Shown piece after piece: positions 47,846 through 59,645 of a stretch of 64,000 nucleotides of DNA (its first letter is position 1; every line of letters begins with the position of its first letter). The notes beneath the pieces were generated by a model. It ran no database searches. It was given only the letters and a program-made list of their open reading frames with translations, and had not been told where the DNA came from. The translations under genes were made by a program, and so were the position numbers. Source of the DNA: Paraspadella gotoi (lineage: Eukaryota > Animalia > Chaetognatha); assembly GCA_051294375.1 (NCBI GenBank), contig CM119266.1:17478087-17542086 (forward strand), read 5' to 3'.

Positions 47846-50004
47846 GTATCGGCAATTTGCAAAGACACAATGGAGAAGTTTAAAACCACAGAGTCGGAAC
47901 TTAAAGAAGTTAAAACGAATTAAAGTAATTGTTTTATCACTAGTTTCATGTCGTTGGACGGAGGAGGAAGAGGAGGAGGAGGAGGNNNNNNNNNNNNNNN
48001 NNNNNNNNNNNNNNNNNNNNNNNNNNNNNNNNNNNNNNNNNNNNNNNNNNNNNNNNNNNNNNNNNNNNNNNNNNNNNNNNNNNNNNNNNNNNNNNNNNNN
48101 NNNNNNNNNNNNNNNNNNNNNNNNNNNNNNNNNNNNNNNNNNNNNNNNNNNNNNNNNNNNNNNNNNNNNNNNNNNNNNNNNNNNNNNNNNNNNNNNNNNN
48201 NNNNNNNNNNNNNNNNNNNNNNNNNNNNNNNNNNNNNNNNNNNNNNNNNNNNNNAATAACGCCGTTTATGCTGACTATTATGAAGATGACAATAACAATG
48301 ATGAAGACGACAAAGACGACGATGACGATAATGATTACGACTAAAATGACGACGACTAAGAAGACGATAACGACGAAAGCCAATACGATAAATATGACGA
48401 AGAATACAGAAATAATCATTATCACGAAGACGTAAAAAGATTCAGAGTCATTAAGATAAATGCAAAGATAATTTGCCTATGAGCAAAGTACAGGGTGGGC
48501 GATATTTTTACGAGCTTTACCGGGTGATTCATTAAACTATCGGCATTAATCAGCATATTTTTGTTTCTGTGTTATATGAATAGATACATATNNNNNNNNN
48601 NATATTTGGGGTGGAAAATTTATAAGTTTTCCAAAGTAAAAAATAAAGTTCAAAGATTTTNNNNNNNNNNNNNNNNNNNNNNNNNNNNNNNNNNNNNNNN
48701 NNNNNNNNNNNNNNNNNNNNNNNNNNNNNNNNNNNNNNNNNNNNNNNNNNNNNNNNNNNNNNNNNNNNNNNNNNNNNNNNNNNNNNNNNNNNNNNNNNNN
48801 NNNNNNNNNNNNNNNNNNNNNNNNNNNNNNNNNNNNNNNNNNNNNNNNNNNNNNNNNNNNNNNNNNNNNNNNNNNNNNNNNNNNNNNNNNNNNNNNNNNN
48901 NNNNNNNNNNNNNNNNNNNNNNNNNNNNNNNNNNNNNNNNNNNNNNNNNNNNNNNNNNNNNNNNNNTAATGCTGGGGAGTTTAACCCTTTCTTTCGGGTC
49001 ATCGTCTCATCGAGGATTAATTTTGTTATAGTTTACTAGTAATCATTATTTTTTTTTTTACAATTTATTGATTCCCCGTAACCGATGTACTTTGAACAAA
49101 TTAGGGAGTCAATAAAAAAAAACTTTATTTCCGCATATTTTCTCCGCGTTGCTCTTTTGTTGAGCCACCAAAAATCGAGGATCAAAATTTGACCTGAAAT
49201 TCGATTTTAAATTTATTTCTTCTCCGACAAAAAAAAAAAAAAAAGCAAATAGAATCCGAACGAAAAACAAAATTTAACCTAAATAAAACAAAAACTAAAA
49301 CTAAAACAAAAATTAAAATAAAAATTAAAAAGGTCAAACGGGACGATCTGAGTTCGGTAATCTGTCGTTTATCGCCAAAGAGAGAGTGAAAGAGACAGAG
49401 AAACAGAAATTAATCGGGCGTAAAACATTTCCAGACTGAGTTTTATGTTTATACTTTTGTTGCGATTGTTTTGTCGATGAAAAACACTGATATGAATGAT
49501 TGCCGCTACCAATTCGATTAAGCATTTTCAGCTGTACAAGTTTCTACAACCGACTTTCTACAACGGCAACAACTTAAACTACGACGACGACTAAGAGTAA
49601 AAACGATCCGCCCAGCTGCATCTTTTTAGGACAATTTTTTTTCACTCACTCACTTACCTACTCCTTCACTCACTCACTCACTTACTCAATCATTCACTAT
49701 CTCACTTACTCACTTCTTTAGTCACTCGCTCACTCACAAATCCAATCGCCCACAGACTCACCCACTCGAAAGAACGAGAATTCCCCCAACACTTTTCTGC
49801 TCGAACGATTCTCGATTCCTCTCACAAGATTTTGGGCGGATCGGAAATAGTAAATCACTTTCTCCCTTTCTTTCCTTCCCTTCTTTCCTCCTTCTTTCTT
49901 TCTTTCCTTCCTTCCTTCCTTCCTTCTATAATTTAATTCACTTAATCAATGAAACCTCATTTTTGACAGGTAGAGGCCTCGGCCAGCCTGCGACCGGGAA
50001 ATAG
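45830..50004 (+). CDS. Paralog 3 of the multi-PH/PTB-like family; partial, gapped and frameshifted
   Basis: Ordered motif matches to paralogs 1 and 2: PLKSFPVHHF (~45882), tttcag|GFASLGGAKTLS (46799), SLKPQ (~47877), CKDNL..GGRYFYEL (~48460-48520), EFNPFFRVIVS (~48978), FGNLSFIA..EKQKLI (~49352-49415). The 5' and 3' limits are unknown. Confidence 0.6.
49970..50004 (+). other. Copy C (short) of the three-copy segment; possible 35-nt exon
   Basis: ttttgacag|GTAGAGGCCTCGGCCAGCCTGCGACCGGGAAATAG|gtaac; the upstream flank aatcaat.aaacctca.ttt and (TTCC)n are shared with copy A. Confidence 0.7.
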
Positions 50005-50281
50005 GTAACAGAACCCCTTTGGCCCTTTGGCCCTTTGCCACCGATAGGGCAGCTTTACGAGAAAACTACATTGATACGTGAAATCTGTATGAGACCCTCA
50101 CTTTGCGATGCCGAAGTTCTATCGATGTCAATAAGCAAAAATGATATCCTTTTCTCGTCTTTTATATAAAGTTAAAATTATAATTCACTCAAAGTCAAAG
50201 ATATGTTTCACTTGACAGTATTGTACAATTTTATTTTCATGAATAGAATTTACAAGTTACAATTGTTAAACGTTAACCACA

Positions 50282-50337
<56 letters not shown>

Positions 50338-52598
50338 ATTTTCTTCCCGCCCCCGAGTTCAGATCCCCGATAATTAAGGGAGGGAATTTTGACATTTCTA
50401 AGGAAATTTGGGGGGATTTTCTTTTCTTTGAAAGAGAGAAAGAGAGAGAGAGAGAGAGTGGGTGTGTAAAATCCTCTTACCTGAAAGCAGACAACAATTA
50501 AAAAACGTAGGAGACTAGTGCAAAAATTAAAGAAAATTGGAAATGAAGAACACTATGCAGTATGCAGTATGCAGTATGTAGAGTCTCAACTTACTAAAAT
50601 AACAAGTATTGAATCGCAAATAGTGTGATGCATTTCCTGTACAATATGGGTACATTGGGTAGTTTTCTTTCTTATTTCGTGTTATTGTAATTTAAGATTA
50701 AAATTGTCTTGCCTCCTGACTTAAAGTATTTATTGACGAAGAACGAAGGATATTAATTCAGGAATGCAGGATCCTTATTTTCTCATTTATCTTTTTTATT
50801 CATTCCTTTCATTCATTCATTCAATGATTGTTTGTCCTTGTAGCGTTGAACGAGAGTCAGTCATTCCTTGGTCTCCACGGTCAAGGGTTCTANNNNNNNN
50901 NNNNNNNNNNNNNNNNNNNNNNNNNNNNNNNNNNNNNNNNNNNNNNNNNNNNNNNNNNNNNNNNNNNNNNNNNNNNNNNNNNNNNNNNNNNNNNNNNNNN
51001 NNNNNNNNNNNNNNNNNNNNNNNNNNNNNNNNNNNNNNNNNNNNNNNNNNNNNNNNNNNNNNNNNNNNAATATAATAATATATATATAATAATAATAATT
51101 AATATATAATATATAATAATAATATTTAAATATATATATAATAATGCTACACAGTGATCAAAAAATTTATACTTGTGTAAAAATTTCTTAATCAAAGTCT
51201 TAAAATTTGGAAACGAGGCTGTTAGATAGTTTTGATCGAAAGCTCGCAGGGTCATGATATGTTATTATCTAGTAAAAGGGATGAAGACATTAACCTTAGT
51301 CTGTCCAAAGTCAGGACGCAATTGAACGACTGAATAATTATTTCATTGGTTGAACCAATTTTATTAATTTTTTTTTTCACGACAATCTTTTCCTTTAAAT
51401 TTTGTTTTTAAGTTTGAACGTATATATTTTTTTTTCGCAACAAAAAAAAATTGAACGAAAAAAATGTTGGGCGTTTCTTTCTTTTTCCAGTCGCCACCTG
51501 GAAATTCCGTCACTTTAAGTTTTAACCGTTTTTATGTAAAAAAAATGAATGAATAAAAANNNNNNNNNNNNNNNNNNNNNNNNNNNNNNNNNNNNNNNNN
51601 NNNNNNNNNNNNNNNNNNNNNNNNNNNNNNNNNNNNNNNNNNNNNNNNNNNNNNNNNNNNNNNNNNNNNNNNNNNNNNNNNNNNNNNNNNNNNNNNNNNN
51701 NNNNNNNNNNNNNNNNNNNNNNNNNNNNNNNNNNNNNNNNNNNNNNNNNNNNNTCTACGAGTCAGCCACGCGCCGCAGACTGATCTGCACCACTTTTCCC
51801 TCGCCATCACTACCAACCACCACACACCGTTGATGGTTTTTTTGAGAGAGAGAGAAGCAGGAGAAAAAAAAATACATTTTTTTCACAAAACTAGAATCGT
51901 TTTCCTTAAAAATTAAACTAGACCTACGAGTCTCATAGAGTAGGTCTATTTTCAAAATGTTAAAATCTTTAAGCGTTTTTTTTATTGTAAATTTTTTTTA
52001 GCGGAGGGTTTCAAACGGTCACGATATATATGAAGGTGTTATATTTTTTGTGGGAATTGGAAATTATTTCATTTTTCAGTGTCTTTACTTCTACCGCGGA
52101 TTATTTTTTTTCACTTTAGAAGAAATTTAAAAAAAGAAAGACTATAAAGAAATATTTAATATTAATAAATAGTTTACTTTTATGTAACGTGGAGAGAGAG
52201 GAGAGAGAGAGACGAGAGAGAAGATGAGAGAGGAGAAGAAGAGGAGAGAGCAGAGAGAGAGAGTTCCACTCCGAGAAAAGTGAGAAAAACCGCAGTAAAT
52301 TTGATCAAATATTTCACTTGTCGTCGTTGTCGTTCGTCTCGTCGTCGTCGTCCCCCGCAATCGAAGGCCAAAGATATTTGAAGTGTCGTACGAATTCTTG
52401 TATTTCTTTTTATCTTTTAAATTTTCTTTTATTTTAGGGAATATTAAAAAGCTTTTACATTTATAAACGATTTGCTTTTCGCATAACTTTTTCAGTTTTT
52501 CAAAATATCTAGAGCAAAAAACATTTATTTATGATTGGAAAAAGTTAAAAATGAACATCACTTACCCCAAACCCCCCAAAAAATAACTCGCACAGTTG

Positions 52599-52635
<37 letters not shown>

Positions 52636-53454
52636 NNNNNNNNNNNNNNNNNNNNNNNNNNNNNNNNNNNNNNNNNNNNNNNNNNNNNNNNNNNNNNNNN
52701 NNNNNNNNNNNNNNNNNNNNNNNNNNNNNNNNNNNNNNNNNNNNNNNNNNNNNNNNACTTTCTCTGTTACTCTCTGTCTCCCTCCCTCTCTCCCTCTCTC
52801 TCTCATTTATCTTAACGATATCCAATATTTTCTTGCCCCCTACCGGATTTTTGGACTAAAGCCGACCCATGCTCTCTCGCCTCTTTTATTTTAGAGCTTT
52901 TGATCTGAATTGATGACGTAAACAAGAGATAAGAAAATACAAGTATAGCGTCTAAAAAACAGGCATCCCCTTGAGGCGCTCCAAGGTACATCGTCCGAGG
53001 GTGATCACTGATCACAGTGGGTCCTGGTCAATCAAAGAGAATCCGAGAAGAAAGAAAAGATTGGAAATGAGCATTGGAAGATGGTATTTGTGGATAGTAT
53101 TGGTAGATGGCAATGTCAAGGGGCATGGGTAGTTGGTAATTTCAGATATCAAAGGCAGATGGCATTGGAGGATGACTCTGTGTTTGTATTTCTCTTTCTG
53201 TCTCTCTCTCTATCTATATAATAATATAATAATACGATACAATAACAATTTAGTAAAATGAAACCGCAAAAAAGATCCCGAGGAGAAAAATCATAACTGA
53301 AAAATTGGAAAATAGCATTACAGTTTTTTTGTTTTTTGTTTTTTATTTAGTTTTTTCTTTCTTTTTTTTTTTGCACTAAACGAGATTCAAAAAATAAGTC
53401 AGAGAGACCCAGCCTGGGCATGCCCGGGAAAAGTTGAGAGAAAAAAGAGATTAG

Positions 53455-53645
53455 GTTAAGAAGTTGAAAAGTGAATCGATTTCGTTGATGAAAAGTTGAA
53501 AGTTGGATGAGAAGATGAAGATCAACTTAAATATGAGATGACAGGAGATGATGGTTGAGAAGTTGAAAAGTTGAGATGTAGAAAATATATTTAAATGTTG
53601 AACCGTTGACAGGATTTGCGGGTTGAGAAGTTGAAAAGTTTAGAT
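53455..53645. repeat. Degenerate tandem repeat of (A)AGTTGA(A/G)A units
   Basis: gaagttgaaaagt recurs at ~53460, ~53558 and ~53627, with variants in between. Confidence 0.7.
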
Positions 53646-53710
53646 ACAAGTTCCATCCAATGTTTTGTGCCGCAGTGACTTTCTTTTCACGTGTATTTCC
53701 CTGTGATCAC

Positions 53711-53762
53711 ATGACTATGACTAATTACTATGACTAATGACTATGACTATGACTAATGACTA
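53711..53762. repeat. (ATGACT)n-like microsatellite
   Basis: Directly visible. Confidence 0.85.
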
Positions 53763-54060
53763 TAAAATTTTTATATAACAACCAGACATTACATGAAATA
53801 TGACCGTAGTTCTCCGTGTTCACATGACTAAACAAGTATGAAACACATGAACAAGAAGAATTTAGTAATGTCTTACCAGTCTGCCAAGTATTAACTAAAA
53901 TAACATTCTTAGCCCGTGTATTTATGACATGCACTGGACAGAAATTCCGTCTTCTAATCTTTATCATTTTAGGATTTCCTGAAGGCGGCGCTAGCAGTCA
54001 CTTCCTGGCTTAACAAATCTGCAACTATAGGCGAGTTAAGAGCATTTTTAACGTAAGTGG

Positions 54061-54124
54061 GACCGACAGACCGACCGAAAAGTGACTTATAGAGTTGCTC
54101 CGCGAGTACTCGCGGCGCAACTAA
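54061..54124 (+). mobile_element. 3' end of a non-autonomous Helentron/HINE (DINE-1-like) element
   Basis: A (GACC/GACA)n microsatellite, then AGTGACTTATAGA, then the hairpin GTTGC-T-CCGCGAGTACTCGCGG-C-GCAAC (54094-54121) followed by TAA. This layout is typical of HINE termini. The 5' end is not defined. Confidence 0.65.
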
Positions 54125-54570
54125 TATGTAAAAAAGTTAAATGTTTAGCAGTTGATAGGAATCAGTAATTGACAAGAAACTTTGGATGAATAGAGAAATT
54201 GAAACGAGTAAGAAAGAAAGCTCAAACAAATTGAAAAAAATTGGTACGAACTAATTTGGGTAAGAAAAAAAGGCAATAAAATAATTTACATATTTTTACT
54301 AATGATTTGAAAAAAACAGCAGAACTAAATCGACGAAAAATTACATTAAATTGAATTGTATTAATTGAATTGTATTACATAAAAAAATTAAATGTTTTCA
54401 AAAAAAATTCGATTCCAAGTTTATGTTAAAATATTTTCTGTAGGAACAAATTTTCACACCAAAATTTTTTTTTGTTTTTTTTTAGATTTTTTTTCTAATT
54501 TTTTCGCGTTAACGTCTAATCGATTTTGACTGGAGACACATGAGGATAAAGATGGAGGAAAGTGCGGGGG

Positions 54571-54643
<73 letters not shown>

Positions 54644-54875
54644 AAGAAATTTGAGATTAATTGGTCATTGAAAAGGTGAAGAGTTCGGAGGGTAAAGAAA
54701 AAAATAGGGAGGAAGAAGAGGAGGAGGAAATGGAGGAAGAGAGTGAAGAGTAGGAGGAGGAGGAGGAGGAGGGGAGGAAGAAGAAAAAGCATTGAAAAAA
54801 ATTCACCTCCTCCAAAAAAAAAAACACAAACTCTCCATTAAGGCGTCATGGCTTTTTTTTTAATACAAACCGGAA

Positions 54876-54918
<43 letters not shown>

Positions 54919-54950
54919 CCTCTCTTTGCCCCCTCCCTCTTTCGCTCTCT

Positions 54951-54988
<38 letters not shown>

Positions 54989-55689
54989 TCTCACTCTCTT
55001 GCTCTCTCTCTCTCTGCATTAGATTAGTGACGTAGAGAGTTTCCTTGGAACCGCCCAAGGGTTTTCGATTGGGTGGGGTTAAAGGGAAAACCAATCGGGA
55101 TAAAATTGTGATAAATGGATAAATGGATTTGGAGTTACAGGAAAATATGTAATTACATTTTGAAAAAAGGTCGGATAGATATTAAGGTAAATAGAAAGGT
55201 CCTCGAATTTTTAGGTAATATTTTGTTGACGCGTTATTTTCTTTTTATATAATTATTTATATTCAGTATTCAGTATTCTTTATCGATAAAATTTATTTTA
55301 ATTCCTTCATTTTGTACCTATTTACACAATAAATGCCGAGAAGCAGATTTTTTTTATAATTAACCCTGGGGAATAAAAATATCTCAATTAAAAATCAAGA
55401 AATAAAAATGAAAAAGATACAAAGATACAAAGAAACGAAAAGGAAACGATCAGGGTAAAAAAAGACGTAATGTAACTTTTTGACTTATCGATTTTAAAAT
55501 TTTTGGTTTATTAGGTTAAACTCGGTCTCGGCCGATATTAATGCGCTCGAGGCAATTTTAAACTAAGGTTTTTTTTTTCGAAATAAAAAAAATAAAAATA
55601 AGAAAATGAAAATAAAAGGAGTTCAAAGAAAACAGAAGGAGGATGGAAAACATAGTAGAAAGAAAAGAGAGATGGATAGAAGAATAGAT

Positions 55690-55783
<94 letters not shown>

Positions 55784-56170
55784 GCCAAAAACTTTTTTTT
55801 GTCCACGGTTTTTTCATTTAATTTTTTTCTTAAATCAAATTTCACCCAGAAACATTTTATATCTTATTTTTATACAATTAGTTTAATTAGTAAAGGCAGG
55901 AGTTTTCACAATAGGCGAATTATTCCTGATAAACTATGGAAAATATCAGAGATCGAAATGTCAGTCAATGTCATAATTGCGTCCAGGTCCCAATGAAAAA
56001 TAGTAGACGAAGTAAACTTTTTTTTTAAAAATGTTGTTAGCAAAAAAAAGTTTTTGAAAAACTAGTAATGAAAGGGCGAGCGCGAAAAACTTTTAAGTGT
56101 ACAACGTATAAAGTTCGAAAATTACACAAACCGTCGAAAATGTCAGAGACAGAACGGTGTGCGCAGAGAC

Positions 56171-56288
<118 letters not shown>

Positions 56289-56900
56289 AAAATCCGGAAA
56301 AGGTCATAAAACTGTTAAGATAAAAAAAAAATTTGTTTGTTTTGTTCTCTGTATATATGTTTGTACGAATAAAAAATCCGGATCTCATTCGATCCTTTTA
56401 TCAATTTTGTCGAACCTGATAAGAAAAATAAAAATGTGGGCGAATTCTGCAAATTCCACCGTCCCCTCCAGTAAAACCTCATTGTGAGCTCCAAAAATAC
56501 ATGCAAAAAGGAGTTTATTATATTAAATGTCATTAGCCGCGTCTACGAATAATTAAAAAAAAGTTTTCTCTTTATAATTATTTACGACATTTACTACAGT
56601 ATCGTAATTATTCGATTATCCAATTATTAACAGAGAGATATAAAAAAGAGTTCAACTAAGTTTTTAGTAACGAAAGAATGACGTAAATGATAAATTAATA
56701 ATGTAAGTTGACGCACAAAATAAAACTAAATTCGCGACGCGGAACCGAGAATTAACAATCAAGTCTGTTCCCTGGAGAATTTTGAGTGAGATCGATAGTA
56801 AATAACACGAGATAGTTGACGAGAAAAAGTAAAAATAAAGTTTGGTAAACTTTTATTTTTTTACTCCAAACAAACATCGCGACGGTAGCAGCTTAGGAAT

Positions 56901-56933
<33 letters not shown>

Positions 56934-57338
56934 AAGGTAATAAAGAAACCGAAAAGTGAGTTTACCTGTGAATCCCTAAATTAAAAGAAAAGAAAAAAAG
57001 TAAAACTTATGATGATAATGATGATGATAAAGATGTTGATAAAGATGATGATGATGATTATTTCATTCAAGTCATTTAGATAAAACTGACGGAAAAAATA
57101 ATTGTTACGATTATTCACGAATCATTAACTTAAGAAATACAAACTTTAGTCAAATGAAAATAAGTTTGAACCCTAATTAAAAAACTGTCGACGGGTAAAA
57201 AGTTAAAATAACAAACTCGTAACCTGGCTTTTTTTTTCTCATTCTCTCTTTCTCTCTCGCTTTAGTTAACACTCTCTGTCTCTATCGGGCTTCAATCTCA
57301 CAACCTTACCTTCACTTTGAAGCGATTCAAAGTCGACC

Positions 57339-57428
<90 letters not shown>

Positions 57429-59645
57429 CCGTTACAACGATGACGACGACGACGACGACTGCGGCGACGAAAAACATAAGCTAGGCAATCTGCTCTAGTA
57501 ATTACAATATTTAGCGAAACAATAAAATTAACATTTTCACAATATTAGTTGTCAATTAATTTTCGTTAGTAAAACCAAAATTTGCTTACCTGATTTGTGG
57601 TATTTTGGAGGTTGGAATGGGGTAAAGATAAGAAAAAAAGCAAAAATGAATAATTAATAACAATAGTTCTAAGAGTGCGCCTAACAAATGAAAATACCCA
57701 AGAAGGCTTAAATTTAAATTGTATTTAAAATTCATTTAACGTCTTGTTCATTTAATCTTTCTGATAGAATAACGATTTATTTGGAAATGAATAAAATTTT
57801 AATATAAAGTACAAAATGTATACGACATAATTTGTCAGTCTTAATTATATGGTCTTATATGGTCTTATAAGGTCTTTTCATACAATTGAAACATTATACC
57901 ACTTCATTGGTAGGGAAGCCAGGAACTCTGGGAGTGAATAAACGAGACTGTGAGAGAGTCTTGATTGAAAGCTTGCAGGGACCTGCTATGTCATTATCTT
58001 GTAAGAGTGATGGAGGCCTTAAACCACCAAAGCCTGTCCAAAGTCAGGGGCAAGATAGCTTATTTATTTAATGAATGGATAATTTTTATATTGGTTGTAC
58101 CAATTTCATAATTAATATTCGCATTTTCAATTGTTCACTGAATTCGTTTTAAAAACAAAAGATCCGCCCCAGATTTTTCCCTTTTCAAAATTTCCCCCTT
58201 CGTTCGCCAGTTGTATTCTTATTCTTTTTTAGAGCCCTCGATCGTATTCTCTCTGCTCGTTCGGGGCCGCGTCAAGAAAACTGGAAAACGAAGAAGAGAA
58301 AAAGCAGAAGAAAGAAAAAATAAACGTTGGAAGGTTTGAAGTCCTGGATCCAGCGAGGAAGCTGTTGAACAAATTACGTCACACGATAACAGTGAATCGA
58401 AAGCAAATTATAATACCATGAAACACTTTGAAATGTCAAATATTTTTTTGGTTATACTGCAACCATTAAAAAATGGTTTGGATCCCTTTTTCTCGGATAT
58501 TTTAAATTTAAATTGTAAATTAAGACGAGTATTTTAATTTCGCTTTATAAAAATGATTCGTTCTTAAGTCTAAAAATCTATGTGTTGACAGAACACACAG
58601 CGAATTACCAAATACTACCCAATGCCGTTGTATATATCTTGTCCGTGAGATATCTTTTCAATAATTAATATAATGATATAACACTTGTAATTTTTTCTAA
58701 AAGCCTCCCATTTCAGCTTAAATTTAATAAGTTTTTAAGTTTAAAAATTAAGTCAAATAGTATAGAGATTTGGTTGAAAATTTGGTTAAGGATTTAAGTC
58801 ATGAGATAAAGTAAGGGATTCGGGTTCGGGATTAGGTTTAGTTAAACGATATGGGTTAAATATTTAAAATAAAATTAAGGGATTAGGAACAGAAATAGAA
58901 TCCCTTCGAAAAAAAATTGACCATAACTATTCGTGAGTTGACCTAAATTTTATCACTTTGTCCTATTCTTGACTCCCCTTATTCCTTGAATTGCTTCCTT
59001 CCCTCATTTTTTTAATCCGTTCCGGGTCGTTAGGGTCCTTTAGGTCATTGTGGTCATTTGTGACATCTGGGTCATTTCGAAGAAACCCAAGAAACTGAGG
59101 CCAGAGAGAGAGAGAGAGACATAGACATTTTGTTTCTGCTTAGAGTTAACAAAAACCCTAACAACAAATTCACAATTTAACAATGACGACGTCAAACGAT
59201 TTTAACTGTTTAGACAGAATGACTGAGTTCAACGCTGACTCGAGAGAAGAATTGTCCGCCGTTCTCTCTCTCCTCTTTCTTTTCTATTGTCTCTATCTTT
59301 TTTATTCTTCTCTATTCTTCGTCTTTGGCTTCCAAATTCCATTCCTTCCTTTTTCTTTAAAAGTCGCAGGTTTTCTCTTTTCTTCACATTTCTTCGATTT
59401 GACTCGCTCTCTTTAGCGCACGCTATCTCGCTCTCTATTTGTTTCTCTCTCGGTCTTTCTTCCGCACAAAATACTCGCCAAATTTTTTTCCGTAGCTTCA
59501 TTAAAATTTTGCCCTTCAAAAAAAATATTTCCGATCTCAAACTTTTTTCAGTGATAAACCTAACACCATAATAATAACGATACATTTTCGCAAAAAAAAA
59601 CAAACTATTTTCCCGCTCACAAAAAAAAACTAAGCAAAACAAAAC

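Noticed and set aside
48256-48530. Acidic frame with two TAA and two TGA codons, read as an all-stops-recoded exon
   Set aside because: A different frame (CKDNL..GGRYFYELYR, ending at a GTGATT donor) matches the paralogs without stops. The acidic tract is probably a decayed (GAC/GAT)n repeat.
55027-55096. TGACGT, ATTGG, GGGTGGGG and CCAAT motifs close together
   Set aside because: Short motifs with no identifiable adjacent first exon; they cannot be supported as a promoter.
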